A DNA stretch of 64,000 bases. Source: the human T2T-CHM13v2.0 reference genome, Homo sapiens. This document shows positions 15,401-29,500 of this stretch, piece by piece. The number at the start of each line of letters is the position of its first letter. Position 1 is the first letter of the stretch. The notes beneath the pieces are model-generated. The model saw only the letters and a list, made by a program, of their open reading frames with translations, was not told the origin of the DNA and ran no database searches. The position numbers and the translations under genes are program-made. The stretch is from NCBI RefSeq assembly GCF_009914755.1, contig NC_060933.1; one strand, written 5' to 3'.

Positions 15401-17539
15401 TGGTACGGAATAGAATGGAATGCAACGAAATGGAATGGAATGGAATGGAATGGAATGGAATGGAATGGAATGGAATGGAATGGAATGGAATCGTTCCGAA
15501 TGGAATAGGAGGGAATGTATTCGAGTGGAATGGAAAGGAATGGAATCAACCAGAGTGGAATGGAAGGGAATGGAATGGAATGGAAACTAATAGAATGGAA
15601 TCAACCCGAGTGGAATGGAATGGAAAGGACTGGAATGGAATGGAATGGAATGGAATGGAATCAACTCCATTGTAATGGAATGGAATGGAATGGATTGGAA
15701 TGGAATGGAATGGAATGGAATGCAATGGAATTAACCCGAATATAATGGAATGGAATGGAATGGAACGGAATGCAAAGCAATGGAATCAACTCGATTGCAA
15801 TGGAATGGAATGGAATGGAAAGGAATAGAATGGAATCAACCCGAGTGGAATGGAATGGAAAGGACTGGAATGGAGTGGAATGGAATGGAACGGAATGGAA
15901 TGGAATCAACTCGATTGGGATGGAGTGGAATGGAATTTGAATGGAATGGAATGGAATGGAATGGAATTAACCCGAACAGAATGGAACGGAATGGAATGGG
16001 ACGGAATGGAATGGAATGGAATGGAATGGAATCAACCCGACTGCACGGGAATGGAATGGAATGGAATGCAATGGAATGGAATCATCAGGAACGGAATGGA
16101 ATGGAATGGAATGGAATCAACTCGATTGCAATGGAATGGAATGGAATGGAATGGAATGGAATGGAATGGAATGGAATGGAATGGAATGGAAAGGAATGGA
16201 ATTAACCCGAATACAATGGAATGGAATGGAATGGAAAGGAATGGAAGGGAATGGAATGGAATGTAATCAACCCAAGTGCAGGGTAATGGAATGGAATTGA
16301 ATGCAATGGAATGGAATCATCCGGAATGGAATGGAATGGAATGGAATGAAACCGATGCAATGGATTGGAATGGAATGGAATGGAATGGAATTAACGCGAA
16401 TAGAATGGAATGGAATGGAAAGGAAAGGAATGGAAGGGAATGGAATGGAATGTAATCAACCCAAGTGCAGGGGAATGGAATGGAATTGAATGCAATGGAA
16501 TGGAATCTTCCGGAATGGAATGGAATGGAATTTAATGGAATGAACCCGATGCAATGGAATGGAATGGAATGGAATGGAAAAATCCCGAATGGAATGGAAT
16601 GTAATGGAGTGTAAGGGAATTGAATAGAATCAGTCCGAAAGTAATGGAATGTAATGGAATGAAATGGAATGGAATGGAATGGAATGGAATCAAACCGAGT
16701 GCAATGGAATGGATTCGAATGGAATGGAATGGAATGGAAAGTAATAGAATGGAATCAACCCGAGTGGAATGGAATGGAAAGGACTGGAATGGACTGGAAT
16801 GGAATGGAATGGAATGGAATCAAATCGATTGGAATGGAATGGAATGGAATGGAATGGAATGGAATGGAATCAACTCGATTGCAATGGAATGGAATGGAAT
16901 GGAATGGAATGGAATGGAATGGAATGGAATGGAATTAACCCGAATAGAATGGAATGGAATGGAATGGAAAGGAATGTAATGGAATGAAATGGAATGAAAT
17001 CAACCCGAGTGCAGGGGAATGGAATGGAATGGAATGCAATGGAATGGAATAATCCGGAATGGAATGGAATGGAATGGAATGGAATGGAATGGAATCAACA
17101 CGATTGCAATGCAATGGAATGGAATGGAAAGGAATGGAAGGGAATGGAGTGGAATGTAATCAACCCGAGTGCAGGGGAATGGAATGGAATGGAATGCAAT
17201 GGAATGGAATCATCCGGAATGGAATGGAATGGAATGGAATGGAATCAACCCAATGCAATGGAACGGAGTGGAATGGAATGGAATGGAATGGAAACATCCC
17301 GAATGGAATTGAATGTAATGGAGTGTAAGGGAATTGAATAGAATCAATCCGAATGTAATGGAATGGAACGGAATGAAATGGAATGGAATGCAATGGAATG
17401 GAATCAACCCGAGTGCAATGGAACGGATTCGAATGGAATGGAATGGAATGGAGTGGATTCAACAAGAATGGAATGGAAAGGAATGGAATCAACCCGAGTG
17501 TAATGGCATGGAATGGAATGGAATGGAATGGAATGGAAT

Positions 17540-20500
17540 GGGATGGAATGGAATGTTACGGAATAGAATGGAATGGAATGAAATGGAATGGAATGGAATG
17601 GAATGGAATGGAATGGAATGGAATGGAATGAAACCGTGTGCAATGTAATGGAATGGAATGGAATGGAATGGATACAACTCGAATGGAATCAACTCGATTG
17701 CAATGGAATGGAATGGAATGGAAAGGAATAGAATGGAATCAACCCGAGTGGAATGGAATGGAAAGGACGGGAATGGAGTGGAATGGAATGGAATGGAATT
17801 AACCCGAATAGAATGGAATGGAATGGAATGGAACGGAATGTAATGGAATGGAATGGAATGGATTCAACCCAAGTGCAGGGGAATGGAATGGAATGGAATG
17901 CAATGGAATGGAATCATCCGGAATGGAATGGAAAGGAATGGAATGGAATGGAATGGAATCAACTCGATTTCAATGGAATGAAATGGAACAGAATGGAATG
18001 GAATTAACACAAATAGAATGGAATGGAATGGAATGGAATGGAATGGAATGGAATGGAACGGAAAGGAATGGAATGGAATGGAATGGAATCAACCCAAGTG
18101 CAGGGGAATGGAATGGAATGGAATTCAATGGAATGGAATCATCCGGAGTGGAATGGAATGCAATGGAATGGAATGGAATGGAATGGAATCAACCCGAGTG
18201 CAATGGAATGGAGAGGAATGGAATGGAACGGAATGGAAACTACCCGAATGGAATGGAATGTAATGGACTGTAAGGGAATTGAATAGAATCAATCCGAATG
18301 TAATGGAATGGAATGGAACGGAATGGAATGGAATGGAATGGAATGGAATGCAATGGAATGGAATCAACCCGAGTGCCATCGAATGGAATCGAATGGAATG
18401 GAATGCAATAGAATTTATTCAAATTGAATGGAATGGAAAGAATGGAATCAACACGAGTGGAATGGCATGGAATGGAATGGAATCAACCCGAGTACAGGTG
18501 AATGGAATGGAATGGAATGCAATGGAATGGAATCATCCGTAATGTAATGGAAAGGAATGGAATGGAATGGAATGGAATGGAATGGAATGGAATGGAATGG
18601 AATCAACCCGAGTGCAATGGAATGGAGTGGAATGGAATGGAATGGAATGGAACAACCCGAATGAAATGGAATGTAATGGAGAGTAAGGGTGTTGAATAGA
18701 GTCAATCCGAATGTAATGGAATGGAATGCAACGGAATGGAATGGAATGGAATGGAATGGAATGCAATGGAATGGAATCAACCCGAGTACAATGGAATGGA
18801 ATGGAATGGAATGGAATGGAATGGAATGGAATGGAATGCCTTCAAACCGAATGGAATGGAAAGGAATGGAATCAACACGAGTGGAATGGAAAGGAATGGA
18901 ATGGAATGGAATGGAATGGTACGGAAAAGAATGGAATGGAAAGAAATGGAATGGAATGGAATGGAATGGAATGGAATGGAATGGAATGGAATGGAATCGT
19001 TCCGAGTGGAATAGGAGGGAATGTATACGAGTGGAATGGAAAGGAATGGAATCAACCAGAGTGGAATGGAAGGGAATGGAATGGAATGGAAACTAATAGA
19101 ATGGAATCAACCCGAGTGGAATGGAATGGAAAGGACTGGAATGGAATGGAATGGAATGGGATCAACTCGATTGTAATGGAATGGAATGGAATGGAATGGA
19201 ATGGAATGGAATGGAATGGAATTAACCCGAATACAATGCAATGGAATGGAATGGAACGGAATGGAGTGGAATGGAATGGAATCAACCCGAGTGCAGGGGA
19301 ATGGAATGGAATGGAATGCAATGGAATGGAATCATCCGGAATGGAATGGAATGGAATGGAATGCAAAGCAATGGAATCAACTCGATTGCAATGGAATGGA
19401 ATGGAATGGAAAGGAATAGAATGGAATCAACCCGAGTGGAATGGAATGGAAAGGACTGGAATGGAGTGGAATGGAATGGAATGGAATCAACTCGATTGGA
19501 ATGGAATGGAATGGAATGGAATGGAATGGAATGGAATGGAATTAAACCGAATAGAATGGAATGGAATGGAATGGAACAGAACGGAACGGAACGGAACGGA
19601 ATGGAATGGAATGGAATGGAATGGAATGGAATGGAATCAACCCGATTGCAGGGGAATGGAATGGAATGGAATGCAATGGAATGGATTCAACTTGAATGGA
19701 ATGGAAAGAATGGAATCAACACGAGTGGAATGGCATGGATTGGAATGGAAGGGAATGGAGTCAACCCGAGTACAGGGGAATGGAATGGAATGGAATGCAA
19801 TGGAATGGAATCATCCGTATTGGAATGGAATGGAATGGAATGGAATGGAATGGAATGGAATGGAATCAACTGGATTGCAATCGAATGGAATGGAATGGAA
19901 TTAACCCGAATAGAATGGAATGGAATGGAATGGAACGGAACGAAATGGAATGGAATGGAATGGAATGGAATGGTACGGAACGGAACGGAATGGAATGGAA
20001 TGGAATGGAATGGAATGGAATCAACGCGAGTGCAGGGGAATGGAATGAAAGGAATGCAATGGAATGGAATTTTCCGGAATGCAATGGAATGGAATGGAAT
20101 GGAATGGAATGAAATGCAATGGATTCAACTCGATTGCAATGGAATGGAATAGAATGGAATGGAATGGAATGGAATGGAATGGAATGGAATGGAATGGAAT
20201 GCAATGGAATGGAATCAACCCGAGTGCAACCGAATGGAATCGAATGGAATGGAATGCAATGGAATGGATTCAACTTGAATGGAATGGAAAGAATGGAATC
20301 AACACGAGTGGAAGGGCATGGATTGGAATGCAATGGAATGGAATCAACCCGAGTACAGGGGAATGGAATGGAATGGAATGCAATGGAATGGAATCATCCG
20401 TAATGGAATGGAAAGGAATGGAATGGAATGGAATGGAATGGAATGGAATGGAATGGAATCAACACGATTGCAATCGAATGGAATGGAATGGAATTAACCC

Positions 20501-23500
20501 GAATAGAATGGAATGGAATGGAATGGAACGGAACGGAATGGAATGGAATGGAATGGAATGGAATGGAACAGAACAGAACGGAACGGAACGGAACGGAATG
20601 GAATGGAATGGAATGGAATGGAATGGAATGGAATCAATGCGAGTGCAGGGGAATGGAATGGAATGGAATGCAATGGAATGGAATCTTCCGGAATGGAATG
20701 GAATGGAATGGAATGGAATGGAATGCAATGAAATGCAATGGATTCAACTCGATTGCAATGGAATGGAATAGAATGGAATGGAATGGAATGGAATGGAATG
20801 GAATTAACCCAAATAGAATGGAATGAAATGGAATGGAACGGAATGGAACGGAATGGAATGGAATGGAATGGAATGGAATGGAATGGAATGGGATGGAATG
20901 GAATGTTACGGAATAGAATGGAATGGAATGAAATGGAATGGAATGGAATGGAATGGAATGGAATGGAATGGAATGGAATGAAACCGTGTGCAATGTAATG
21001 GAATGGAATGGAATGGAATGGATACAACTCGAATGGAATCAACTCGATTGCAATGGAATGGAATGGAATGGAAAGGAATAGAATGGAATCAACCCGAGTG
21101 GAATGGAATGGAAAGGACGGGAATGGAGTGGAATGGAATGGAATGGAATTAACCCGAATAGAATGGAATGGAATGGAATGGAACGGAATGTAATGGAATG
21201 GAATGGAATGGATTCAACCCAAGTGCAGGGGAATGGAATGGAATGGAATGCAATGGAATGGAATCATCCGGAATGGAATGGAAAGGAATGGAATGGAATG
21301 GAATGGAATCAACTCGATTTCAATGGAATGAAATGGAACAGAATGGAATGGAATTAACACAAATAGAATGGAATGGAATGGAATGGAATGGAATGGAATG
21401 GAATGGAACGGAAAGGAATGGAATGGAATGGAATGGAATCAACCCAAGTGCAGGGGAATGGAATGGAATGGAATTCAATGGAATGGAATCATACGGAGTG
21501 GAATGGAATGCAATGGAATGGAATGGAATGGAATGGAATCAACCCGAGTGCAATGGAATGGAGAGGAATGGAATGGAACGGAATGGAAACTACCCGAATG
21601 GAATGGAATGTAATGGACTGTAAGGGAATTGAATAGAATCAATCCGAATGTAATGGAATGGAATGGAACGGAATGGAATGGAATGGAATGGAATGGAATG
21701 CAATGGAATGGAATCAACCCGAGTGCCATCGAATGGAATCGAATGGAATGGAATGCAATAGAATTTATTCAAATTGAATGGAATGGAAAGAATGGAATCA
21801 ACACGAGTGGAATGGCATGGAATGGAATGGAATGGAATGGAATCAACCCGAGTACAGGTGAATGGAATGGAATGGAAAGCAATGGAATGGAATCATCCGT
21901 AATGTAATGGAAAGGAATGGAATGGAATGGAATGGAATGGAATGGAATGGAATGGAATCAACCCGAGTGCAATGGAATGGAGTGGAATGGAATGGAATGG
22001 AATGGAACAACCCGAATGAAATGGAATGTAATGGAGAGTAAGGCTGTTGAATAGAGTCAATCCGAATGTAATGGAATGGAATGCAACGGAATGGAATGGA
22101 ATGGAATGGAATGCAATGGAATGGAATCAACCCGAGTACAATGGAATGGAATGGAATGGAATGGAATGGAATGGAATGGAATGGAATGGAATGGAATGCC
22201 TTCAAACCGAATGGAATGGAAAGGAATGGAATCAACACGAGTGGAATGGAAAGGAATGGAATGGAATGGAATGGAATGGTACGGAAAAGAATGGAATGGA
22301 AAGAAATGGAATGGAATGGAATGGAATGGAATGGAATGGAATGGAATGGAATGGAATGGAATCGTTCCGAGTGGAATAGGAGGGAATGTATACGAGTGGA
22401 ATGGAAAGGAATGGAATCAACCAGAGTGGAATGGAAGGGAATGGAATGGAATGGAAACTAATAGAATGGAATCAACACGAGTGGAATGGAATGGAAAGGA
22501 CTGGAATGGAATGGAATGGAATGGGATCAACTCGATTGTAATGGAATGGAATGGAATGGAATGGAATGGAATGGAATGGAATGGAATTAACCCGAATACA
22601 ATGCAATGGAATGGAATGGAACGGAATGGAGTGGAATGGAATGGAATCAACCCGAGTGCAGGGGAATGGAATGGAATGGAATGCAATGGAATGGAATCAT
22701 CCGGAATGGAATGGAATGGAATGGAATGCAAAGCAATGGAATCAACTCGATTGCAATGGAATGGAATGGAATGGAAAGGAATAGAATGGAATCAACCCGA
22801 GTGGAATGGAATGGAAAGGACTGGAATGGAGTGGAATGGAATGGAATGGAATCAACTCGATTGGAATGGAATGGAATGGAATGGAATGGAATGGAATGGA
22901 ATGGAATTAAACCGAATAGAATGGAATGGAATGGAATGGAACAGAACGGAACGGAACGGAACGGAATGGAATGGAATGGAATGGAATGGAATGGAATGGA
23001 ATCAACCCGATTGCAGGGGAATGGAATGGAATGGAATGCAATGGAATGGATTCAACTTGAATGGAATGGAAAGAATGGAATCAACACGAGTGGAATGGCA
23101 TGGATTGGAATGGAAGGGAATGGAGTCAACCCGAGTACAGGGGAATGGAATGGAATGGAATGCAATGGAATGGAATCATCCGTATTGGAATGGAATGGAA
23201 TGGAATGGAATGGAATGGAATGGAATGGAATGGAATGGAATGGAATGGAATCAACTGGATTGCAATCGAATGGAATGGAATGGAATTAACCCGAATAGAA
23301 TGGAATGGAATGGAATGGAACGGAACGAAATGGAATGGAATGGAATGGAATGGAATGGTACGGAACGGAACGGAATGGAATGGAATGGAATGGAATGGAA
23401 TGGAATCAACGCGAGTGCAGGGGAATGGAATGAAAGGAATGCAATGGAATGGAATTTTCCGGAATGCAATGGAATGGAATGGAATGGAATGGAATGAAAT

Positions 23501-23535
23501 GCAATGGATTCAACTCGATTGCAATGGAATGGAAT
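17540..23535 (+). repeat. Direct duplication at about 3.35-3.39 kb offset (~17540-20150 repeated at ~20890-23535; a third copy starts at ~26157)
   Basis: ORF offsets are 3350 (17658/21008, 18279/21629), 3365 (19052/22417, 19696/23061) and 3385 (20064/23449). Shared markers: GAATTTATTCAAAT, GTACAGGTGAAT, GTATACGAG, CATCCGTATT, AATTTTCCGG. GAATTC occurs at 18121, 21471 and 26733. Confidence 0.9.
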
Positions 23536-26500
23536 AGAATGGAATGGAATGGAATGGAATGGAATGGAATGGAATGGAATGGAATTAACCCAAATAGAAT
23601 GGAATGGAATGGAATGGAACGGAATGGAACTGAATGGAATGGAATGGAATGGAATGGAATGGAATGGTATGGAATTGAATGGAATGGTACGGAATAGAAT
23701 GGAATGGAACGAATTGTAATGGAATGGAATTGAATGGAATGGAATGGAATGGAATGGAATCAGCGCGAGTGCAGGGGAATGGAACAGAACGGAATGCAAT
23801 GGAATGGAATCATCCGGAATGGAATGGAATGGAATGGAATGGAATCAACCCGAGTGCAATGGAATGGAGTGAAATGGAATGGAATGGAATGGAACAACAC
23901 GAATGGAATGTAACGTAATGGAGTGTAAGGGAATTGAATAGAATGAATCCGAATGGAATGGAATGGAATGGAAAGGAATGGAATGGAATGGAAAGGAATG
24001 GAATGGAACGGAATGGAATGCAATGCCATGGAATCAACACGAGTGCAAACGAATGGAATCGAATGGAATGGAATGCAATGGAATGGATTCATCTTGAATG
24101 GAATGGAAAGAATGGAATCAACACGAGTGGAATGCCATGGATTGGAATGGAATGGAATGGCATCAACCCGAGTACTGGGGAATGGAATGGAATGGAATGA
24201 AATGGAATGGAATCATCCGTAATGTAATGGAAAGGAATGGAATGGAATGAAGTGGAATGGAATCATCCGTAATGTAATGGAAAGGAATGGAATGGAATGG
24301 AATGGAATGGAATGGAATGAAATGCAATGGATTCAACTCGATTGCAATGGAATGGAATAGAATGGAATGGAATGGAATGGAATGGAATGGAATGGAATGG
24401 AATTAACCCGAATAGAATGGAATGGAATGGAATGGAACGGAATGGAACGGAATGGAATGGAATGCAATGGAATGGAATGGAATGGAATGGTATGGAATGG
24501 AATGGATTGCTACGGAATAGAATGGAATGGAACGAATTGTAATGGAATGGAATTGAATGGAATGGAATGGAATGGAATCAACGCGAGTGCAGGGGAATGG
24601 AATGGAACGGAATGCAATGGAATGGAATCATCCGGAATGGAATGGAATGGAATGGAATGGAATGGAATGGAATGGAATGGAATCAACCCGAGTGCAATGG
24701 AATGGAGTGGAATGGAATGGAATGGAATGGAACAACCCGAATGGAATGGAATGTAATGGAGAGTAAGGGAGTTGAATAGAATCAATCCGAATGTAATGGA
24801 ATGGAAACCAACGGAATGGAATGGAATGGAATGGAATGGAATGGAATGGAATGGAATGCAATGGAATGGAATCAACCCGAGTACAATGGAATGGAATGGA
24901 ATGGAATGCAATGGAATGGAATGGAATGGAATGGAATGGAATGAAATGGAATGGAATTGAATGGAATGGAATGCCTTCAAACCGAATGGAATGGAAAGGA
25001 ATGGAATCAACACGAGTGGAATGGAATGGAATGGAATGGAATGGAATGGAATGGAATGGTACGGAATAGAATGGAATGGAACGAAATGGAATGTAATGGA
25101 ATGGAATGGAATGGAATGGAATGGAATGGAATGGAATCGTTCCGAGTGGAATAGGAGGGAATGTATTCGAGTGGAATGGAAAAGAATGGAATCAGCCAGA
25201 GTGGAATGGAAGGGAATGGAATGGAATGGAAACTAATAGAAAGGAATCAACCCGAGTGGAATGGAATGGAAAGGACTGGAATGGAATGGAATGGAATCAA
25301 CTCTATTTTAATGGAATGCAATGGAATGGAATGGAATGGAATGGAATGGAATGGAATTAACCCGAATACAATGGAATGGAACGGAATGGAACGGAATGGA
25401 GTGGAATGGAATGGAATCAACCCGAGTGCAGGGGAATGTAATGGAATGGAATACAATGGAATGGAATCATCCGGAATGGAATGGAATGGAATGGAATGCA
25501 AAGCAATGGAATCAACTCGATTGCAACGGAATGGAATGGAATGGAAAGGAATAGAATGGAATCAACCCGAGTGGAATGAAATGGAAAGGACTGGAATGGA
25601 GTGGAATGGAATGGAATGGAATGGAATGGAATCAACTCGATTGGAATGGAATGGAATGGAATGGAATGGAATGGAATGGAATTAACCCGAATAGAATGGA
25701 ATGGAATGGAATGGAACGGAACGGAACGGAACGGAATGGAATGGAATGGAATGGAACGGAAAGGAATGGTATGGAATGGAATGGAATGGAATGGAATGGA
25801 ATGGAATGGAATCAACCCGAGTGCAATGGAATGGAGTGGAATGGAATGGAATGGAATGGAACAACCCGAATGGAATGGAATGTAATGGAGAGTAAGGGAG
25901 TTGAATAGAATCAATCCGAATGTAATGGAATGGAAAGCAACGGAATGGAATGGAATGGAATGGAATGGAATGCAATGGAATGGAATCAACCCGAGTACAA
26001 TGGAATGGAATGGATTGGAATGGAATGGAATGAAATGGAATGGAATGGAATTGAATGGAATGGAATGCCTTCAAACCGAATGGAATGGAAATGAATGGAA
26101 TCAACACGAGTGGAATGGAATGGAATGGAATGGAATGGAATGGAATGGAATGGAATGGGATGGAATGGAATGTTACGGAATAGAATGGAATGGAATGAAA
26201 TGGAATGGAATGGAATGGAATGGAATGGAATGGAATGGAATGAAACCGTGTGCAATGTAATGGAATGGAATGGAATGGAATGGATACAACTCGAATGGAA
26301 TCAACTCGATTGCAATGGAATGGAATGGAATGGAAAGGAATAGAATGGAATCAACCCGAGTGGAATGGAATGGAAAGGACGGGAATGGAGTGGAATGGAA
26401 TGGAATGGAATTAACCCGAATAGAATGGAATGGAATGGAATGGAACGGAATGTAATGGAATGGAATGGAATGGATTCAACCCAAGTGCAGGGGAATGGAA

Positions 26501-29500
26501 TGGAATGGAATGCAATGGAATGGAATCATCCGGAATGGAATGGAAAGGAATGGAATGGAATGGAATGGAATCAACTCGATTTCAATGGAATGAAATGGAA
26601 CAGAATGGAATGGAATTAACACAAATAGAATGGAATGGAATGGAATGGAAAGGAATGGAATGGAATGGAACGGAAAGGAATGGAATGGAATGGAATGGAA
26701 TCAACCCAAGTGCAGGGGAATGGAATGGAATGGAATTCAATGGAATGGAATCATCCGGAGTGGAATGGAATGGAATGGAATGGAATGGAATGGAATGGAA
26801 TGGAATCAACCCGAGTGCAATGGAATGGAGAGGAATGGAATGGAACGGAATGGAAACTACCCGAATGGAATGGAATGTAATGGAGTGTAAGGGAATTGAA
26901 TAGAATCAATCCGAATGTAATGGAATGGAATGGAACGGAATGGAATGGAATGGAATGGAATGGAATGCAATGGAATGGAATCAACCCGAGTGCCATCAAA
27001 TGGAATCGAATGGAATGGAATGCAATAGAATTTCTTCAAATTGAATGGAATGGAAAGAATGGAATCAACACGAGTGGAATGGCATGGAATGGAATGGAAT
27101 GGAATGGAAGCAACCCGAGTACAGGTGAATGGAATGGAATGGAATGCAATGGAATGGAATCATCCGTAATGTAATGGAAAGGAATGGAATGGAATGGAAT
27201 GGAATGGAATGGAATGGAATGGAATCAACCCGAGTGCAATGGAATGGAGTGGAATGGAATGGAATGGAATGGAACAACCCGAATGAAATGGAATGTAATA
27301 GAGAGTAAGGGTGTTGAATAGAGTCAATCCGAATGTAATGGAATGGAATGCAACGGAATGGAATGGAATGGAATGGAATGGAATGCAATGGAATGGAATC
27401 AACCCGAGTACAATGGAATGGAATGGAATGGAATGGAATGGAATGGAATGGAATGGAATGGAATGCCTTCAAACCGAATGGAATGGAAAGGAATGGAATC
27501 AACACGAGTGGAATGGAAAGGAATGGAATGGAATGGAATGGAATGGTACGGAAAAGAATGGAATGGAAAGAAATGGAATGGAATGGAATGGAATGGAATG
27601 GAATGGAATGGAATGGAATGGAATGGAATGGAATCGTTCCGAGTGGAATAGGAGGGAATGTATACGAGTGGAATGGAAAGGAATGGAATCAACCAGAGTG
27701 GAATGGAAGGGAATGGAATGGAATGGAAACTAATAGAATGGAATCAACCCGAGTGGAATGCAATGGAAAGGACTGGAATGGAATGGAATGGAATGGGATC
27801 AACTCGATTGTAATGGAATGGAATGGAATGGAATGGAATGGAATGGAATGGAATTAACCCGAATACAATGCAATGGAATGGAATGGAACGGAATGGAGTG
27901 GAATGGAATGGAATCAACCCGAGTGCAGGGGAATGGAATGGAATGGAATGCAATGGAATGGAATCATCCGGAATGGAATGGAATGGAATGGAATGCAAAG
28001 CAATGGAATCAACTCGATTGCAATGGAATGGAATGGAATGGAAAGGAATAGAATGGAATCAACCCGAGTGGAATGGAATGGAAAGGACTGGAATGGAGTG
28101 GAATGGAATGGAATGGAATCAACTCGATTGGAATGGAATGGAATGGAATGGAATGGAATGGAATGGAATTAAACCGAATAGAATGGAATGGAATGGAATG
28201 GAACAGAACGGAACGGAACGGAACGGAATGGAATGGAATGGAATGGAATGGAATGGAATGGAATGGAATCAACCCGATTGCAGGGGAATGGAATGGAATA
28301 GAATGCAATGGAATGGATTCAACTTGAATGGAATGGAAAGAATGGAATCAACACGAGTGGAATGGCATGGATTGGAATGGAAGGGAATGGAGTCAACCCG
28401 AGTACAGGGGAATGGAATGGAATGGAATGCAATGGAATGGAATCATCCGTATTGGAATGGAATGGAATGGAATGGAATGGAATGGAATGGAATGGAATCA
28501 ACTGGATTGCAATCGAATGGAATGGAATGGAATTAACCCGAATAGAATGGAATGGAATGGAATGGAACGGAACGAAATGGAATGGAATGGAATGGAATGG
28601 AATGGTACGGAACGGAACGGAATGGAATGGAATGGAATGGAATGGAATGGAATCAACGCGAGTGCAGGGGAATGGAATGAAAGGAATGCAATGGAATGGA
28701 ATTTTCCGGAATGGAATGGAATGGAATGGAATGGAATGGAATGAAATGCAATGGATTCAACTCGATTGCAATGGAATGGAATAGAATGGAATGGAATGGA
28801 ATGGAATGGAATGGAATGGAATGGAATTAACCCAAATAGAATGGAATGGAATGGAATGGAACGGAATGGAACTGAATGGAATGGAATGGAATGGAATGGA
28901 ATGGAATGGTATGGAATTGAATGGAATGGTACGGAATAGAATGGAATGGAACGAATTGTAATGGAATGGAATTGAATGGAATGGAATGGAATGGAATGGA
29001 ATCAGCGCGAGTGCAGGGGAATGGAATAGAACGGAATGCAATGGAATGGAATCATCCGGAATGGAATGGAATGGAATGGAATGGAATCAACCCGAGTGCA
29101 ATGGAATGGAGTGAAATGGAATGGAATGGAATGGAACAACACGAATGGAATGTAACGTAATGGAGTGTAAGGGAATTGAATAGAATGAATCCGAATGGAA
29201 TGGAATGGAATGGAAAGGAATGGAATGGAATGGAAAGGAATGGAATGGAACGGAATGGAATGCAATGCCATGGAATCAACACGAGTGCAAACGAATGGAA
29301 TCGAATGGAATGGAATGCAATGGAATGGATTCATCTTGAATGGAATGGAAAGAATGGAATCAACACGAGTGGAATGCCATGGATTGGAATGGAATGGAAT
29401 GGCATCAACCCGAGTACTGGGGAATGGAATGGAATGGAATGAAATGGAATGGAATCATCCGTAATGTAATGGAAAGGAATGGAATGGAATGAAGTGGAAT

